A stretch of 64,000 bases of DNA from an uncultured virus (IMG/VR IMGVR_UViG_3300034110_000988) (IMGVR_UViG_3300034110_000988); one strand, 5' to 3'. Shown: positions 1-10,937, counted from the stretch's first letter. Notes: generated from the letters alone by a model not told the origin. Translations and numbers: made by a program.

Positions 1-335
1 TTATTGTTAAAGGTCTTTTGAATTAGCCACTGTTCTGACTGGCTATTTTCTTTATTTTTCTCATGCAAATTTATACACAATAGCTCAAACCAACCATCAA
101 TGATGAGTTTCTTCTCTTTTGACCAGCCAGAATTTAAAATGAGATCTAAACCTACAAGCCAATCATTTTTCAAACACTCTTTCAAAGCCAAGGCGGCTCT
201 TTTCTTATCAGGAGGGCCATTTTTCAACCAGTCTGTTAGATCAGCTAATTCATAATTTTTAATCATTTTCACAATGTCTGATTCTTTAAAGTTCTTTTCA
301 GAATATTTTGGATTGTATTGAAAAATATAGCTCAT
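1..335 (-). CDS. hypothetical protein, 3'-truncated by window edge
   Basis: ATG at 335 with GGAG RBS upstream; frame MSYIFQYNPKYSEKNF... stays open to position 1. Confidence 0.7.
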   Translation of the reverse strand, partial: MSYIFQYNPKYSEKNFKESDIVKMIKNYELADLTDWLKNGPPDKKRAALALKECLKNDWLVGLDLILNSGWSKEKKLIIDGWFELLCINLHEKNKENSQSEQWLIQKTFNN

Positions 336-463
336 AGATAACTCCCATTATCCTTATACAATAGCATTTTTCTTTTATTTTGTCAAAATAGATTATAATA
401 ACATTGAAATTTTTCGTTTTGTTGTTATGCTTCAAATAATAAACTAACAATCAGGCATACTTT

Positions 464-1024
464 GTGAACACCGCATTATTCTTTTCTGGATTGGCTTTAA
501 TGTCTGTTACTTCGATGGCGAACACTCTGGATTATACCGCTCCTACTTTAAATGACATTGTTGATTACACCATCGTCAAGAAAGACCAAGCTGGTAATGT
601 CCTATTTTCCACTGAATTGGTGAGCATCGTTGGTTATGAGTTACCATTCGCCAGTAGTAAAGTAACCAGTGATCCTGATGGAGTTTGCAATGTGGATGTT
701 AAAACTGTTGTGGATGAGTTTACGGATATTAATAAAACGACTATTGAAGAATTTCCACCATCCGGGGATTATGCGATTGTGCTTTCATTGAAAAAGAATG
801 TGGATACCGTTGATACACTGTTTACCTTTAAAGAAGTAAGCTACATGCCTGTTGGCGAGACAACACAAGTGAGTGATACCTGTACAATCACCAATTCAGT
901 ATCCAGTGTACATAAGATTAAATGGCATGGTTCATTAACATTTGGTCAAGCTGTAGACATCAAATTAGACAATGGCACGACGTTCTCTATCACCGCTATC
1001 AACAAAGTCCACGAAAAAAGATGA
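464..1024 (+). CDS. putative secreted protein
   Basis: N-terminal hydrophobic signal peptide ending SMA; 186 aa. Confidence 0.65.
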   Translation: MNTALFFSGLALMSVTSMANTLDYTAPTLNDIVDYTIVKKDQAGNVLFSTELVSIVGYELPFASSKVTSDPDGVCNVDVKTVVDEFTDINKTTIEEFPPSGDYAIVLSLKKNVDTVDTLFTFKEVSYMPVGETTQVSDTCTITNSVSSVHKIKWHGSLTFGQAVDIKLDNGTTFSITAINKVHEKR

Positions 1025-1091
1025 TAATTTATATTGCCTCCGTAATTTTCTTTTGCTACAATAGTGGCAGACCAAAAGAGAATAGTTGCTT

Positions 1092-2099
1092 ATGATCCTT
1101 TATCCGACCAATTCATTTCGTTATCTGGCTGATGACATTATTCAGAATCTTGACATCCGGCCAAAAGAAAAGAAAGCTCTCAAGCAAAACTTTGCTGAAT
1201 CGGTGAAGCTTGTAAAAATCATTGAACGTAATTTCTTGAAAGAAATTTACATGTCGTATAATTCTCAATTCTTTTTAACCGAAGCTGATGCTTTTGAACT
1301 GGTGGCTATTGTTAAGGCGACCTTTGGCCTTGATTTGAAGCCTACGCCAATTGATGAACCTATTGAAGTCGTTCGACTGTCTGGCTTTGTTGATTTTAAA
1401 GACATGATCAGTCAGGCCCGTGAAGCCATGTCTTCGGTTGAGGCGAAAGAGAAAAAGGAACTGGCAAAAGCCGCTGTTCCAAAAGAAAAATCCATCATTG
1501 ATGGTTTCTATGCTTTCCGTAAATCTTTGCCAAAATCAATCAATAATCTTCGTATTTTGTCGATTGACTTTGAATATGACCAAAATAAGAATTTCCAAAT
1601 TTCTGAATGTGGTATGTCTACCTATTTTAATGGTGATGTGGTACATGAGCATTATATTATTGAAGGTAACTACGAAAACAAAAAAAATTACAACCTACAA
1701 TTCAAGTTTAAGTTTGGCAGTAGCCAAATTATCAAGATGGAAGAATTGTTGAAAATCATTGAAACCAAAATTGCGAATGTCGATTATATTTTGGGTCATG
1801 GAGTCGCGGCTGAATACCTTGTGCTGAAACACTATGGTTTTGACCTATCTAAAATGAAACATCTGGCAGGGCTTGATACTCAACGTATTTTCTATTCAAA
1901 GTTTCATTATGAAACTGAACATCAGAGTGTTTCTTTGGGTGATATGTTGTCTTTGTTGGTTATTCCCTATGAACACCTTCATAACGCTGGTAATGATGCG
2001 GCCTATGCACTGATGGCTCTTGTTAAAATGGTTGATAGTGTTGTAAAATATAAAAAGAAAGGTTTGCGGAAAGTTCCTGTCACGGCACTTGTTGCTTAA
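1092..2099 (+). CDS. DEDDh 3'-5' exonuclease, Gfd2/YDR514C-like
   Basis: ILSIDFEY (ExoI), LGHG, DTQ, HNAGNDAAY (ExoIII); paralogue at 7262. Confidence 0.8.
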   Translation: MILYPTNSFRYLADDIIQNLDIRPKEKKALKQNFAESVKLVKIIERNFLKEIYMSYNSQFFLTEADAFELVAIVKATFGLDLKPTPIDEPIEVVRLSGFVDFKDMISQAREAMSSVEAKEKKELAKAAVPKEKSIIDGFYAFRKSLPKSINNLRILSIDFEYDQNKNFQISECGMSTYFNGDVVHEHYIIEGNYENKKNYNLQFKFKFGSSQIIKMEELLKIIETKIANVDYILGHGVAAEYLVLKHYGFDLSKMKHLAGLDTQRIFYSKFHYETEHQSVSLGDMLSLLVIPYEHLHNAGNDAAYALMALVKMVDSVVKYKKKGLRKVPVTALVA

Positions 2100-2214
2100 T
2101 TTACTGAAACCTTTACAGCCTTCATTTGAAGGCTTTTTTATTTTCTTCTTTACTATAATGCTTTATTTTGTTATACTTTTGTTATCAATCATCAAACTAC
2201 TTAGAGATTAATTT

Positions 2215-3189
2215 ATGCACACTTGGTCGAAATATAAGAATTTCCTGTTCACCACCCTTTGCGGCAATGGTAAAGATGAAGTTCGTGTGGTCTACCAAAT
2301 TGATACCCAGAAGTCGTTCTTTTGCTTCGATGACTTCATGGGTGCTTTGAAATACAAGAAAGACGAAAATGGCTCCATGAATTCGGATATTGCACGCCGA
2401 TATGCTACTCGTATCAAATTTTTCAACTTTATTGAGATCTTTCCTACGGCGATTTTCGTTCCGGTAGACAAACTCAAAAGTTTGCCTTCACAAGTCACCG
2501 CTCTGTCGCGTGTCGATACCCATCACACTGAACTGTTGGCTGTGATTGCTTCCACCCTGAAAGCCTTTACTCCAGCGTTCAAAGAACGTAATGAAGTGGT
2601 CATTGCTGAAGAAATTGAAAGCTTTGTTGAAGTGTATACCAAGCAATTTTCGATTGCGACCTTTGACAACCGTATCGTGGTCAAGGCCACAGACGTTATT
2701 CGTTATTGCGGCTACAAAAAAGTCAAAGTGAAAGACAACATCAAAGAACATTCGGTAAAAATTAAGACCAAGGCTGGTGTGACCAACTTTATCTTTCTTG
2801 ATGCATTCCCAATCATTGCTGATGAAATGAGCACTGATGTGTATGCAAAACGCTTGATTTCTCTGTATAACGGTATTAGCCGGTTCATGCCCAACAAGAA
2901 TGACAAGGTTATTCTTGACCGTGAGAAGTCAGTAGCTATTATCGGAAGCACTGTTATTCCGTTTGTTATTGAAGAAGACAAGGTTATGTTCCAAACGTCT
3001 ATTGTTCAGCGTGTTTGTGGCTATAAAGGTGAAGGTGTAATGGATAACTTCAAACGAGTTTCGGATAAGGTTGGTGATTTCTACTACATGACCGTTGCTG
3101 GGATGAAAGATTTGATTGAAACCCGTATGACAGCCGAATATAAAGGTAATGTTAAAAATCTGGTCAACGCCCTTCACAAATTCGCATAA
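2215..3189 (+). CDS. protein with three BRO-N-like DNA-binding repeats
   Basis: EVRVV..FFCFDDFMGALKY / IVVKATDVIRYCGYK / VMFQTSIVQRVCGYK resemble the BRO-N core. Confidence 0.55.
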   Translation: MHTWSKYKNFLFTTLCGNGKDEVRVVYQIDTQKSFFCFDDFMGALKYKKDENGSMNSDIARRYATRIKFFNFIEIFPTAIFVPVDKLKSLPSQVTALSRVDTHHTELLAVIASTLKAFTPAFKERNEVVIAEEIESFVEVYTKQFSIATFDNRIVVKATDVIRYCGYKKVKVKDNIKEHSVKIKTKAGVTNFIFLDAFPIIADEMSTDVYAKRLISLYNGISRFMPNKNDKVILDREKSVAIIGSTVIPFVIEEDKVMFQTSIVQRVCGYKGEGVMDNFKRVSDKVGDFYYMTVAGMKDLIETRMTAEYKGNVKNLVNALHKFA

Positions 3190-3300
3190 CTTTGCGTAAA
3201 TCAAGGCACCTTCGGGTGCTTTTTTACGTTATATGGTTCACTTTTTAGGTTGGTTGTGATATAATCACTACCATATTATAGACATCAGAGGATTACACGA

Positions 3301-4227
3301 ATGTTCACATTGAATGGCAACCGTCGCCCAGCTCCATCGTTTATCGTCTCCCTGTCGATGAAGAAGGGCAAATACGTTATGCCTTATCTTCAACAACGTA
3401 TTCTTGAGAATGGTGTTCAACAACTGAACCGTATTTATGGTGAAGTCACTGAACGTGAGATTGTGAATGCTTTTTCATCGTTGGACATGAAAGTTTCTGT
3501 GAATATCCTTCAGTCGAATATTGAAAAATTGGATAAGGTGCATAACCATATCCTGTTCAACATTGTGCAAAACAAACGTACCAAAAAAGGCCATGTGGCT
3601 AACCCTGATTTTGGTTCGGTGGCTTATATCTATGTTATTCCTAAATCCAGCATTGTGGGTAACCCAATTCAATACAAAGATCGATTCACTGCCAAAATGC
3701 AACCTGATTGCATTGTTGAAAGCCGGGATGAAATGAAGATGACTAACATTTTCAAGTTTCCTCGCCGTCAACGAGGTGAAATCTTTGTCAAAAGTAAAGC
3801 CGAAGCTGATTTCTTTTCTAAAATCAATGATAATGCTGAATACGAAACGATTCAAGCTTTGCGTGTGGGTTCTGACTACCTTGTCAACGATAAAAAAGTG
3901 AAGATTGTGAGCATCAAAACAGATTTGCATACCATTCGTTGCTTTGATAGCGAAGATGTGGCAAAAGAAGCCTTCGGTCAAATCTTCAAGTTTAGCTTCT
4001 CTGGCTCTAATTACGGTTCCTATGCCAATGTCAACGTAAAAAATCTTAATCCAGGTCTTTACCGTTGTGTGAATAAGAAGGAAGGGTATATGTTCATTGA
4101 AATTTTTGACAGTGTTGTTTCTGGCAAAATTAAAATGATTCACTTCTTGGATACTAACAAGGAGAAAACAGAAGAAATTCTGATTAACCATGTTATCCAA
4201 GCGGCATGGACTAACCCAACCTACTGA
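3301..4227 (+). CDS. hypothetical protein
   Basis: GAGG RBS, own TGTGATATAAT promoter, 308 aa. Confidence 0.75.
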   Translation: MFTLNGNRRPAPSFIVSLSMKKGKYVMPYLQQRILENGVQQLNRIYGEVTEREIVNAFSSLDMKVSVNILQSNIEKLDKVHNHILFNIVQNKRTKKGHVANPDFGSVAYIYVIPKSSIVGNPIQYKDRFTAKMQPDCIVESRDEMKMTNIFKFPRRQRGEIFVKSKAEADFFSKINDNAEYETIQALRVGSDYLVNDKKVKIVSIKTDLHTIRCFDSEDVAKEAFGQIFKFSFSGSNYGSYANVNVKNLNPGLYRCVNKKEGYMFIEIFDSVVSGKIKMIHFLDTNKEKTEEILINHVIQAAWTNPTY

Positions 4228-4284
4228 TTGACCGAGCCTCTAATATGATTAGGGGCTTTCTTATATTAAGAAAGGAACATTCCA

Positions 4285-5442
4285 ATGATTTTTAATGCTT
4301 TTTATGACAACTATAAAACTAAAATTGAATCGTTTTTTATTGAACACAAAATTCGTGGCGTTGAGAAGCTGTATGAATTGAAAAAAGACACCTATCGTTC
4401 TAATATCATAAACGATACAGAAACATCGTATATTATCAATCATGATTTAACAAAGTTTCTTTCTGTTATGTTTGGTTTTTCTGATAAATCTATTAAATCG
4501 ATTAAGAAAGAAGTTTCATTTCTGAATGCTTTGATGCATGTCAAACAAGATTCTATGGATTTTGCAGATCTTAATACTGTTCTCATTAAGAAGTCTATTA
4601 ACAAGGATTTAAAAAAAGATATTACACTTACATTTTTGTGGGCACGGTTGAGTTTGTCCATTACAGCATCTTCTGTTGTGATGTATGACAGTAATGGTTA
4701 TATCAAACTAGAACCTACAACTATTGATGGTGATGTCGATAACGCTATTATTGAAGCTATTCAGTCGTTCAATCTCGAACTGGCTAATTTGATCGACGTT
4801 GATACTCCGAAGTTTAATAAATCTTTTTTTGACAATATCAAAAATAGTTCAGACACGACTGTTATCAAAAGAAGAATTAAAAATGATTATTTTCAATTTA
4901 TTGAAAAAAATGATATTGAACATTTGCTCTATCCTGTTCGCTTGAAAGAGCGTTTTTCGTCTATTTGGGTAGGTGACGACAATTGTGTGATGATTGCTTC
5001 AAAATATCCCCAACTGTTTTTAAACTGTGTTAAAACTATCTTGAAAGGGGTGGCTTATAAACATTTCGTACAGGCTTTTAATTTCTACCACAACTACAAG
5101 TTAATGATGAATGAACAATTCATGAGCACCATTAAATTTGAATTTGAACATAAACTGGCTCCGCTTGATACTGCAGTGATTACTATCAGCATCGGTTGTG
5201 AATTTGAGATTACGATTAGCACACCTGTTTCGAAAGAAAAGAATATGCGAATGAGTGTATTTGGAATCTCTGAATATGACAAGACTACAGATGAGACAAA
5301 TGCTCTCGCTTCTGATGACTTGCATGAACTTTATGATTTTATTTTTCCAAAATGTTCACAAAAAATATCTGAATTGTTGAATAAAGACGCGATGGAATTA
5401 GAGTGGCGTGATATTCAAGTATTGAGAATGATTAAAATCTAA
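4285..5442 (+). CDS. hypothetical protein with C-terminal MxxI motif
   Basis: 385 aa, ends IQVLRMIKI. Confidence 0.75.
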   Translation: MIFNAFYDNYKTKIESFFIEHKIRGVEKLYELKKDTYRSNIINDTETSYIINHDLTKFLSVMFGFSDKSIKSIKKEVSFLNALMHVKQDSMDFADLNTVLIKKSINKDLKKDITLTFLWARLSLSITASSVVMYDSNGYIKLEPTTIDGDVDNAIIEAIQSFNLELANLIDVDTPKFNKSFFDNIKNSSDTTVIKRRIKNDYFQFIEKNDIEHLLYPVRLKERFSSIWVGDDNCVMIASKYPQLFLNCVKTILKGVAYKHFVQAFNFYHNYKLMMNEQFMSTIKFEFEHKLAPLDTAVITISIGCEFEITISTPVSKEKNMRMSVFGISEYDKTTDETNALASDDLHELYDFIFPKCSQKISELLNKDAMELEWRDIQVLRMIKI

Positions 5443-5511
5443 ATTTTTACAATATTGCGATTATTGTTGATTTGTGCTATAATCTGTTCAACTTTTTAGG
5501 AGAATTACCCA

Positions 5512-6063
5512 ATGGCTAAATTGATTCGTATTGTTGTAGACACCGATTCTTACGCTGGTAACTTTGAACGTGAGCTTTGTGCTTATGTGACTGGGCAATT
5601 TGGTGAATGTGGTGTGGGTGAAGATTCAGCTAAACTGTTTTCGGAACAGATTACTCACATTGAATGGTGGGATAAGCATATCGTTAAACGCTCCGAAGGC
5701 CGTCATGAATCGCCTTGTAAACGCCCTGCAACAATTTATTGGAGCAATAAGCGAAGTGGATATAACTCCGTTGCTATTTACGTCAAAAAGCTCCCACCAG
5801 AAGAGGTGTTGATTGAGTTTTCAGAACGAGTGAAAGAATTCTGTAACAACCGCGACCTGATTAAAGCTCAACTGCATAACCATGAAGTAAAAGATCCTAT
5901 GCGAGCAGCCTTGCGAAATTTGATGGGTATTGGTGGTAATCCTATTGATTTAGCATCTGTTGTCAATAAAGAAATCATCATGATTGATGGCATTCGTATG
6001 TTTGAAGGTGTTAAAGATGAAGTGCTTGTGTCTGAGATGGCGTTTCATGGGCAATTGAGTTAA
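5512..6063 (+). CDS. hypothetical phage protein
   Basis: AGGAG RBS, extended -10 promoter. Confidence 0.75.
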   Translation: MAKLIRIVVDTDSYAGNFERELCAYVTGQFGECGVGEDSAKLFSEQITHIEWWDKHIVKRSEGRHESPCKRPATIYWSNKRSGYNSVAIYVKKLPPEEVLIEFSERVKEFCNNRDLIKAQLHNHEVKDPMRAALRNLMGIGGNPIDLASVVNKEIIMIDGIRMFEGVKDEVLVSEMAFHGQLS

Positions 6064-6103
6064 TTCAATATGCTTAATAAAAAAGAGCCTTTCGGCTCTT
6101 TTT

Positions 6104-7141
6104 TTATTTTTTTTCTGTCTTAACGAGTGAAGCTAAGAAAAGATATTGTGATTTATTTTCTTTTTTAGCCCTATTTTCAGCTAATAACTGTTTTGCTTTT
6201 TCCATCGCTTGTTGCTCTTGTCCAGCTAAAATCATTTTGGCGACTGTGAGTTCAGCGTCTTTGTTGCGAAGATAAAACTCTTTACTTTGTTTCATCATGC
6301 TATCATTATACAAAGATGGTGCGTTTCGCTCTATCCATGTTGTATTGTCATAGCTTTTGTTTGCTTCATAAAACATAACAACTATCTCAGCTTTCTCTCT
6401 AATATTTGTTACTTTTTTTATTATTGAGATATAGGAATATGTTGAACCTGCTTTTGCGAACTCTTTTTCAGGATCTTTATTGTCTTTCAATGGACATTCT
6501 TTATTTTCTAAAAAGAATATATTTGTAACGTTTACATAGGTGTCTTTGCAATAGAATATAGTTGGCACAAATGCATTTGAATTTCGATCTATCATGCCAT
6601 TGTAGATATTGAGATAAGAGACTGTTGCTAAGTATATCCCAACCATAAACATAATTTTAAACACTAACACTTGGAGTAAAAAATTCCATATCTTGTATAG
6701 TTTTCTGGTCATGTAAATGGCACCAATTAAAACCATATCTATTATGTAGAGTGTTTTATTGAAAACAACATCATAAATATGCGATGTGTTTGTAGTTATG
6801 TCCCACATAAATTGTTCTGGTGTCCTGTCTATTATGCTGTTAACAATACTGATGAGGATTATTGTTCCTATCAAATAGAGTCCGCATTGAAGAAGATGTC
6901 CTTTGTAATTTGTTTTTTTACTGTCATCCTTTTCCATTGTTAAACATATAAGTGCGAGCAATGCTATCACACTGACTGCAACTGATCCCATAATGGCCGC
7001 AAACTCGCCAAATGAGCCATCGTGGATAAAGCCACTTAACCAAAATAATTTTGCAAACGATATTGATTGCGTCATTGATATTATAAAAATAGCATGAATA
7101 ATATAAGTTTTATTCACTAAATTCCTTATTGTTTCTTTCAT
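6104..7141 (-). CDS. multi-pass membrane protein
   Basis: about 5 hydrophobic segments; AGGAG RBS. Confidence 0.7.
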   Translation of the reverse strand: MKETIRNLVNKTYIIHAIFIISMTQSISFAKLFWLSGFIHDGSFGEFAAIMGSVAVSVIALLALICLTMEKDDSKKTNYKGHLLQCGLYLIGTIILISIVNSIIDRTPEQFMWDITTNTSHIYDVVFNKTLYIIDMVLIGAIYMTRKLYKIWNFLLQVLVFKIMFMVGIYLATVSYLNIYNGMIDRNSNAFVPTIFYCKDTYVNVTNIFFLENKECPLKDNKDPEKEFAKAGSTYSYISIIKKVTNIREKAEIVVMFYEANKSYDNTTWIERNAPSLYNDSMMKQSKEFYLRNKDAELTVAKMILAGQEQQAMEKAKQLLAENRAKKENKSQYLFLASLVKTEKK

Positions 7142-7261
7142 TATAAACTCCTGTTTTTTTTTTATATTATTATACTTTTATTCGAAAATGCAAATAAAAG
7201 AGTGCTTTTTCTTTCTTGTTATGATACAATTCTATTACTAATTTTCATAAGGTGTTTTCGT

Positions 7262-8230
7262 ATGTCTCTTTATCTTATCAAGTCATTTAAAAGTGCATTC
7301 AATGATGCAGCTTCTAAGGCTGGTTTACAAAATGATATCCGTGACGGCCTTAATAAAAAAATTGTAAAATTTGTAGATTTTAAAACCTTATTCAGTAAAC
7401 AAATCATTAGCACTGTCTATGTTTCTTATGATTTAAGATTTTTCGTTGATCAACAAGGTTATGACGAATTATCAAAAGCCATTTTTGAAGAATTCTCCAT
7501 TGAAATTGAGCCGATCAATCGAACGATTGATATTGATTGCATGATTATTAATGATTATCATTCTTTCAAAGACATTATGGCACAAGTAACAAGTATAACA
7601 TCTAGTCCAGAAGGCAAAGAAAATAGCAAACAGTTTTATGAGCAACAACGACTCATAAGAAAAGAAAAAGAAACAATAAAAAATCTTTTGTATTCGTCAC
7701 TTCCCAAATCTATTTCTTCAAGAAAATTAATTACAATAGATTTCGAATATGACCAGAATAAAAATCATCTGATATTTGAATGTGGTGTTACCAAATATTT
7801 TAATGGTGAGTTGCAGTATGAACACTATTTAATTGAAGAAAACTATAAAAATAAAAAAGACTATGAATTACAATTACAATTTAAATTTGGAAAATCTGTA
7901 GTTGTATCTATGGAAAATCTTCTTGTTATACTCAATGATGTATTAACAGAGACTGATTGTCTAATTGGTCATTGTGTGTTTAGTGAATATTTAGTTCTTA
8001 AGCATCATGGTTTGGACATCTTTGAATATAAACAGTTGAAATGTATGGACACTCAAAAAATCTTTAATTCTCATTTCATAAATCATTCGCAAAACTCACA
8101 AATATCGTTACTTAACCTTCTTTCGTTATTCGATATAACACCGGAACATTTACATAATGCAGGTAATGATGCGGCTTATACAATGATGGCTTTTTTGAAA
8201 ATGGTTGAGTCTATTAATATCCAATATTAA
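7262..8230 (+). CDS. DEDDh 3'-5' exonuclease, paralogue of 1092..2099
   Basis: ITIDFEYDQNKN, IGHC, DTQ, HNAGNDAAY. Confidence 0.8.
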   Translation: MSLYLIKSFKSAFNDAASKAGLQNDIRDGLNKKIVKFVDFKTLFSKQIISTVYVSYDLRFFVDQQGYDELSKAIFEEFSIEIEPINRTIDIDCMIINDYHSFKDIMAQVTSITSSPEGKENSKQFYEQQRLIRKEKETIKNLLYSSLPKSISSRKLITIDFEYDQNKNHLIFECGVTKYFNGELQYEHYLIEENYKNKKDYELQLQFKFGKSVVVSMENLLVILNDVLTETDCLIGHCVFSEYLVLKHHGLDIFEYKQLKCMDTQKIFNSHFINHSQNSQISLLNLLSLFDITPEHLHNAGNDAAYTMMAFLKMVESINIQY

Positions 8231-8307
8231 CAATGACAATTATCTATTTATTAAATTGATTTTTTTCTCAATATGTGATATAATTGTCCCTTAATAAAGG
8301 AAAAATT

Positions 8308-8724
8308 ATGACCGACATTTTAAAGCGTTTAGCTGATTTAAAGCAACAAGAAGCCAATTTAAAAAAAGAAGCAAAAAAAATCACAAAAGAATTTGAAAGT
8401 TATATTGCTGACAAAAAAATCCCACTAGGTGAGCGGTGGTTCTTATTTGTTGAAGCACCTGATAATTTAAGTAACCACGAAAAATATTTCATTAAAGCTC
8501 AGTCTAAAGGCTTACAACATATTAAAGACAACTGGTTTGATGCACCAGAAGTTTATGGTCGTGGCAAAAGAATTAATACCAAAGAACTTTTTGAAGATAT
8601 TTTTGAAGATGAATCCTTAGCTTATGACCCTGCCGATTATGATCCATCTGAAATTGAATTATACAAAGATGCTATGGAAGACATCTTAAATCAAAATTGT
8701 GCTTCTTTCTGTTTTGACTGGTAA
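8308..8724 (+). CDS. hypothetical protein, paralogue of 61691..62083
   Basis: shared PLxERW and ExILxxNCxSFxFD motifs. Confidence 0.75.
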   Translation: MTDILKRLADLKQQEANLKKEAKKITKEFESYIADKKIPLGERWFLFVEAPDNLSNHEKYFIKAQSKGLQHIKDNWFDAPEVYGRGKRINTKELFEDIFEDESLAYDPADYDPSEIELYKDAMEDILNQNCASFCFDW

Positions 8725-8821
8725 CTTTTTCCGATAATATATTGTAAATAATCCATTGACCAGTATATTATCGTTGCTATACTTGAACTAGGAACTTTTT
8801 AATTTCATCAAGGAGAAAAAA

Positions 8822-9127
8822 ATGAAGATTCGTATTACTTTTGACGCTACTGCTGGCGTTCCGATTCGTGATGGTGATTCTGACACGCTGGTTCAGTCTT
8901 GGATTGATGGTGGTGTTGATGTTGAGTTTGTAACAGGAACATCTAACGTCATTGATAGCGTTCGTTTAGCTCTTGCTCAGGACAAACTAACACAAGACCA
9001 AGTGGTCTATGTGTTTGAAGGTTCAGTGTTGGTTAACAATGGGAAATCGGGTATCAAATATTGGCCGAAAGGGTTCTGCGACCATGCCAGTAAGCGTTTG
9101 AGGGGTATTGCAGGTTCACCAGAATAA
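8822..9127 (+). CDS. hypothetical protein
   Basis: AAGGAG RBS, TTGACC/TATACT promoter, terminator downstream. Confidence 0.75.
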   Translation: MKIRITFDATAGVPIRDGDSDTLVQSWIDGGVDVEFVTGTSNVIDSVRLALAQDKLTQDQVVYVFEGSVLVNNGKSGIKYWPKGFCDHASKRLRGIAGSPE

Positions 9128-9236
9128 TTTTGATGGTTTTCAACAAGGAGCTTAGGCTCCTTGTTTTGTTCTTTAATGCTTGTTATTTTCTGCTTTTTTT
9201 GCTATACTATCAATTATTTTTAAAGACTATGAGGTG

Positions 9237-9695
9237 ATGTGTTCAATGAAAATGAGTAAGAAAGTTCATGCCATGATTGTGATTGTTTTCTTGTCCATCA
9301 TTGCTATTGGTGCGTATTTCTATAATTCAACCAGTTATCTGCGAGAAATTAAAACATATCCAGTTACATTAACAGAAGCCTATAGCTCTACACTGAATGT
9401 TGGTAAAGGTAATACACAAGAAGTCTTTCGTGGTCGTTTCTTTCATGCTGAATCCAACCTGTTGCTTGATCGCAGTATTGATGGCTTCTACTATCAACGT
9501 TTTCTGGATGGTGGTAAGAAACCCTTGGTGGGAACGCTGCAGCTTTCTCGACTTGATTTAGGTGAGAAAGAACCTGCTTATGCGATTAATTCCTTCATAT
9601 TGGCAGCAACTTCTATTGTAGGTCTAGTTTTGTATAGCTTGATGGCTTTGTTTGGTGTTTTTAATGATTATGAGAGTTACCGTTATAGACTTTAA
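9237..9695 (+). CDS. two-TM membrane protein
   Basis: hydrophobic segments near both ends; start uncertain. Confidence 0.65.
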   Translation: MCSMKMSKKVHAMIVIVFLSIIAIGAYFYNSTSYLREIKTYPVTLTEAYSSTLNVGKGNTQEVFRGRFFHAESNLLLDRSIDGFYYQRFLDGGKKPLVGTLQLSRLDLGEKEPAYAINSFILAATSIVGLVLYSLMALFGVFNDYESYRYRL

Positions 9696-9718
9696 GTTTT
9701 TTCAATGAGGATTTGATT

Positions 9719-9940
9719 ATGCCAGAATTTGACCATTCAAAATGTAAAAATCCTATCAGAGACGTTAAAGTCTTTGGACGATACTTTGCCTTGCAAAAAG
9801 CGAATACATGGTGGAATTTTAGAGAAATTGATGGCACCAAACGAATTTCATATTTGTTGATTTCAACAATTGATTTTAAAGGACAATCCGCGACTCAAAT
9901 TGTTTTCTTCAAATACATTTTAACCGTATCAAAGGTTTAA
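9719..9940 (+). CDS. hypothetical protein
   Basis: GAGG RBS. Confidence 0.6.
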   Translation: MPEFDHSKCKNPIRDVKVFGRYFALQKANTWWNFREIDGTKRISYLLISTIDFKGQSATQIVFFKYILTVSKV

Positions 9941-10020
9941 ACATTAGGCTCTCACGAGCCTTTTTTGTTGCCTCTATTTTATCTTTATGCTATAATTCCA
10001 CTATTATTTAGGAGCTATCT

Positions 10021-10260
10021 ATGACTAATATTATCACTCATGTGACCAACGAAGGCGGCGATTATGAAGCACTTTACCTCAATGGTAATCTTGTGTCCCA
10101 ACAAACTCATATTCCACGTCATGAGTTGAAAGAAGTTACCGAACAAAACCAACCATTCACGATGCAGAGCATTGAAGTGACCGAATCTTGGATTGAAGAC
10201 GAAGGTGGCACTTACCCTGACGCTCTTTCTGATATTCCTCTTGAAGCTCACGCTTCCTAA
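10021..10260 (+). CDS. small acidic protein, paralogue of 10648..10884
   Basis: shared EALYLNG, NQPF, YP..L.DIP. Confidence 0.75.
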   Translation: MTNIITHVTNEGGDYEALYLNGNLVSQQTHIPRHELKEVTEQNQPFTMQSIEVTESWIEDEGGTYPDALSDIPLEAHAS

Positions 10261-10293
10261 TTTACACAATCGTTATCTAAAGGAGAAATAATT

Positions 10294-10611
10294 ATGAACA
10301 AAAATCAAAAACAAGTTATGAAGTATATTCAGGACAATAACATTCCACTGGTTGCTAACAACGTTATTGATGTTGGCATTCAAGAAAGTTGTGAAATGGC
10401 GACGGTTGAACTGAACGGCAAGTGTTTGATGATGGGTAACTTTTGGGATTTCCATAATGGTTGTCATGGTATGAAAATTCCAGAATTCAGTAGCTATCGT
10501 GAATTGTCCTTACTGTTCAAAGACGCACTCATTGCGGCTAATCAAGAAGTTGAATTGGTAGTAAACAGCAAATGGAAATATGATGAATGCGACGAATGTG
10601 AAGACGACTAA
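10294..10611 (+). CDS. hypothetical protein
   Basis: AAGGAG RBS. Confidence 0.7.
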   Translation: MNKNQKQVMKYIQDNNIPLVANNVIDVGIQESCEMATVELNGKCLMMGNFWDFHNGCHGMKIPEFSSYRELSLLFKDALIAANQEVELVVNSKWKYDECDECEDD

Positions 10612-10647
10612 TTTTTTTTAACGAACTATAACAGAGGATTTAACAAT

Positions 10648-10884
10648 ATGAAGAATAAAATTGCTATTGTATCGAATGATTTTGGTGGTCGTGAGGCTTT
10701 GTATCTGAATGGCGTTCTGGTCATTCAAAACAACCCAATGCCTCGTTTTGAAGTCACTGAAACCATGACGGCTAATCAGCCTTTTGAATTTCAAGAGATT
10801 GAAGTATCTGGGGATTGGCTTGATGAGGTTGGACGTTATCCACAAAAACTTGAAGATATTCCTGCGGATGTGTTTACACAATAA
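10648..10884 (+). CDS. small acidic protein, paralogue of 10021..10260
   Basis: EALYLNG motif; GAGG RBS. Confidence 0.75.
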   Translation: MKNKIAIVSNDFGGREALYLNGVLVIQNNPMPRFEVTETMTANQPFEFQEIEVSGDWLDEVGRYPQKLEDIPADVFTQ

Positions 10885-10937
10885 TCAGTTTTTGATACTA
10901 TGCATATCTTGGTTTGTTAAATATAAAGGTGAAAAAC

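Noticed and set aside
3475..4200. Long antisense ORFs (also 16369-16944, 23698-24501)
   Set aside because: Shadow frames of plus-strand genes with biased codon usage; no RBS or promoter support.
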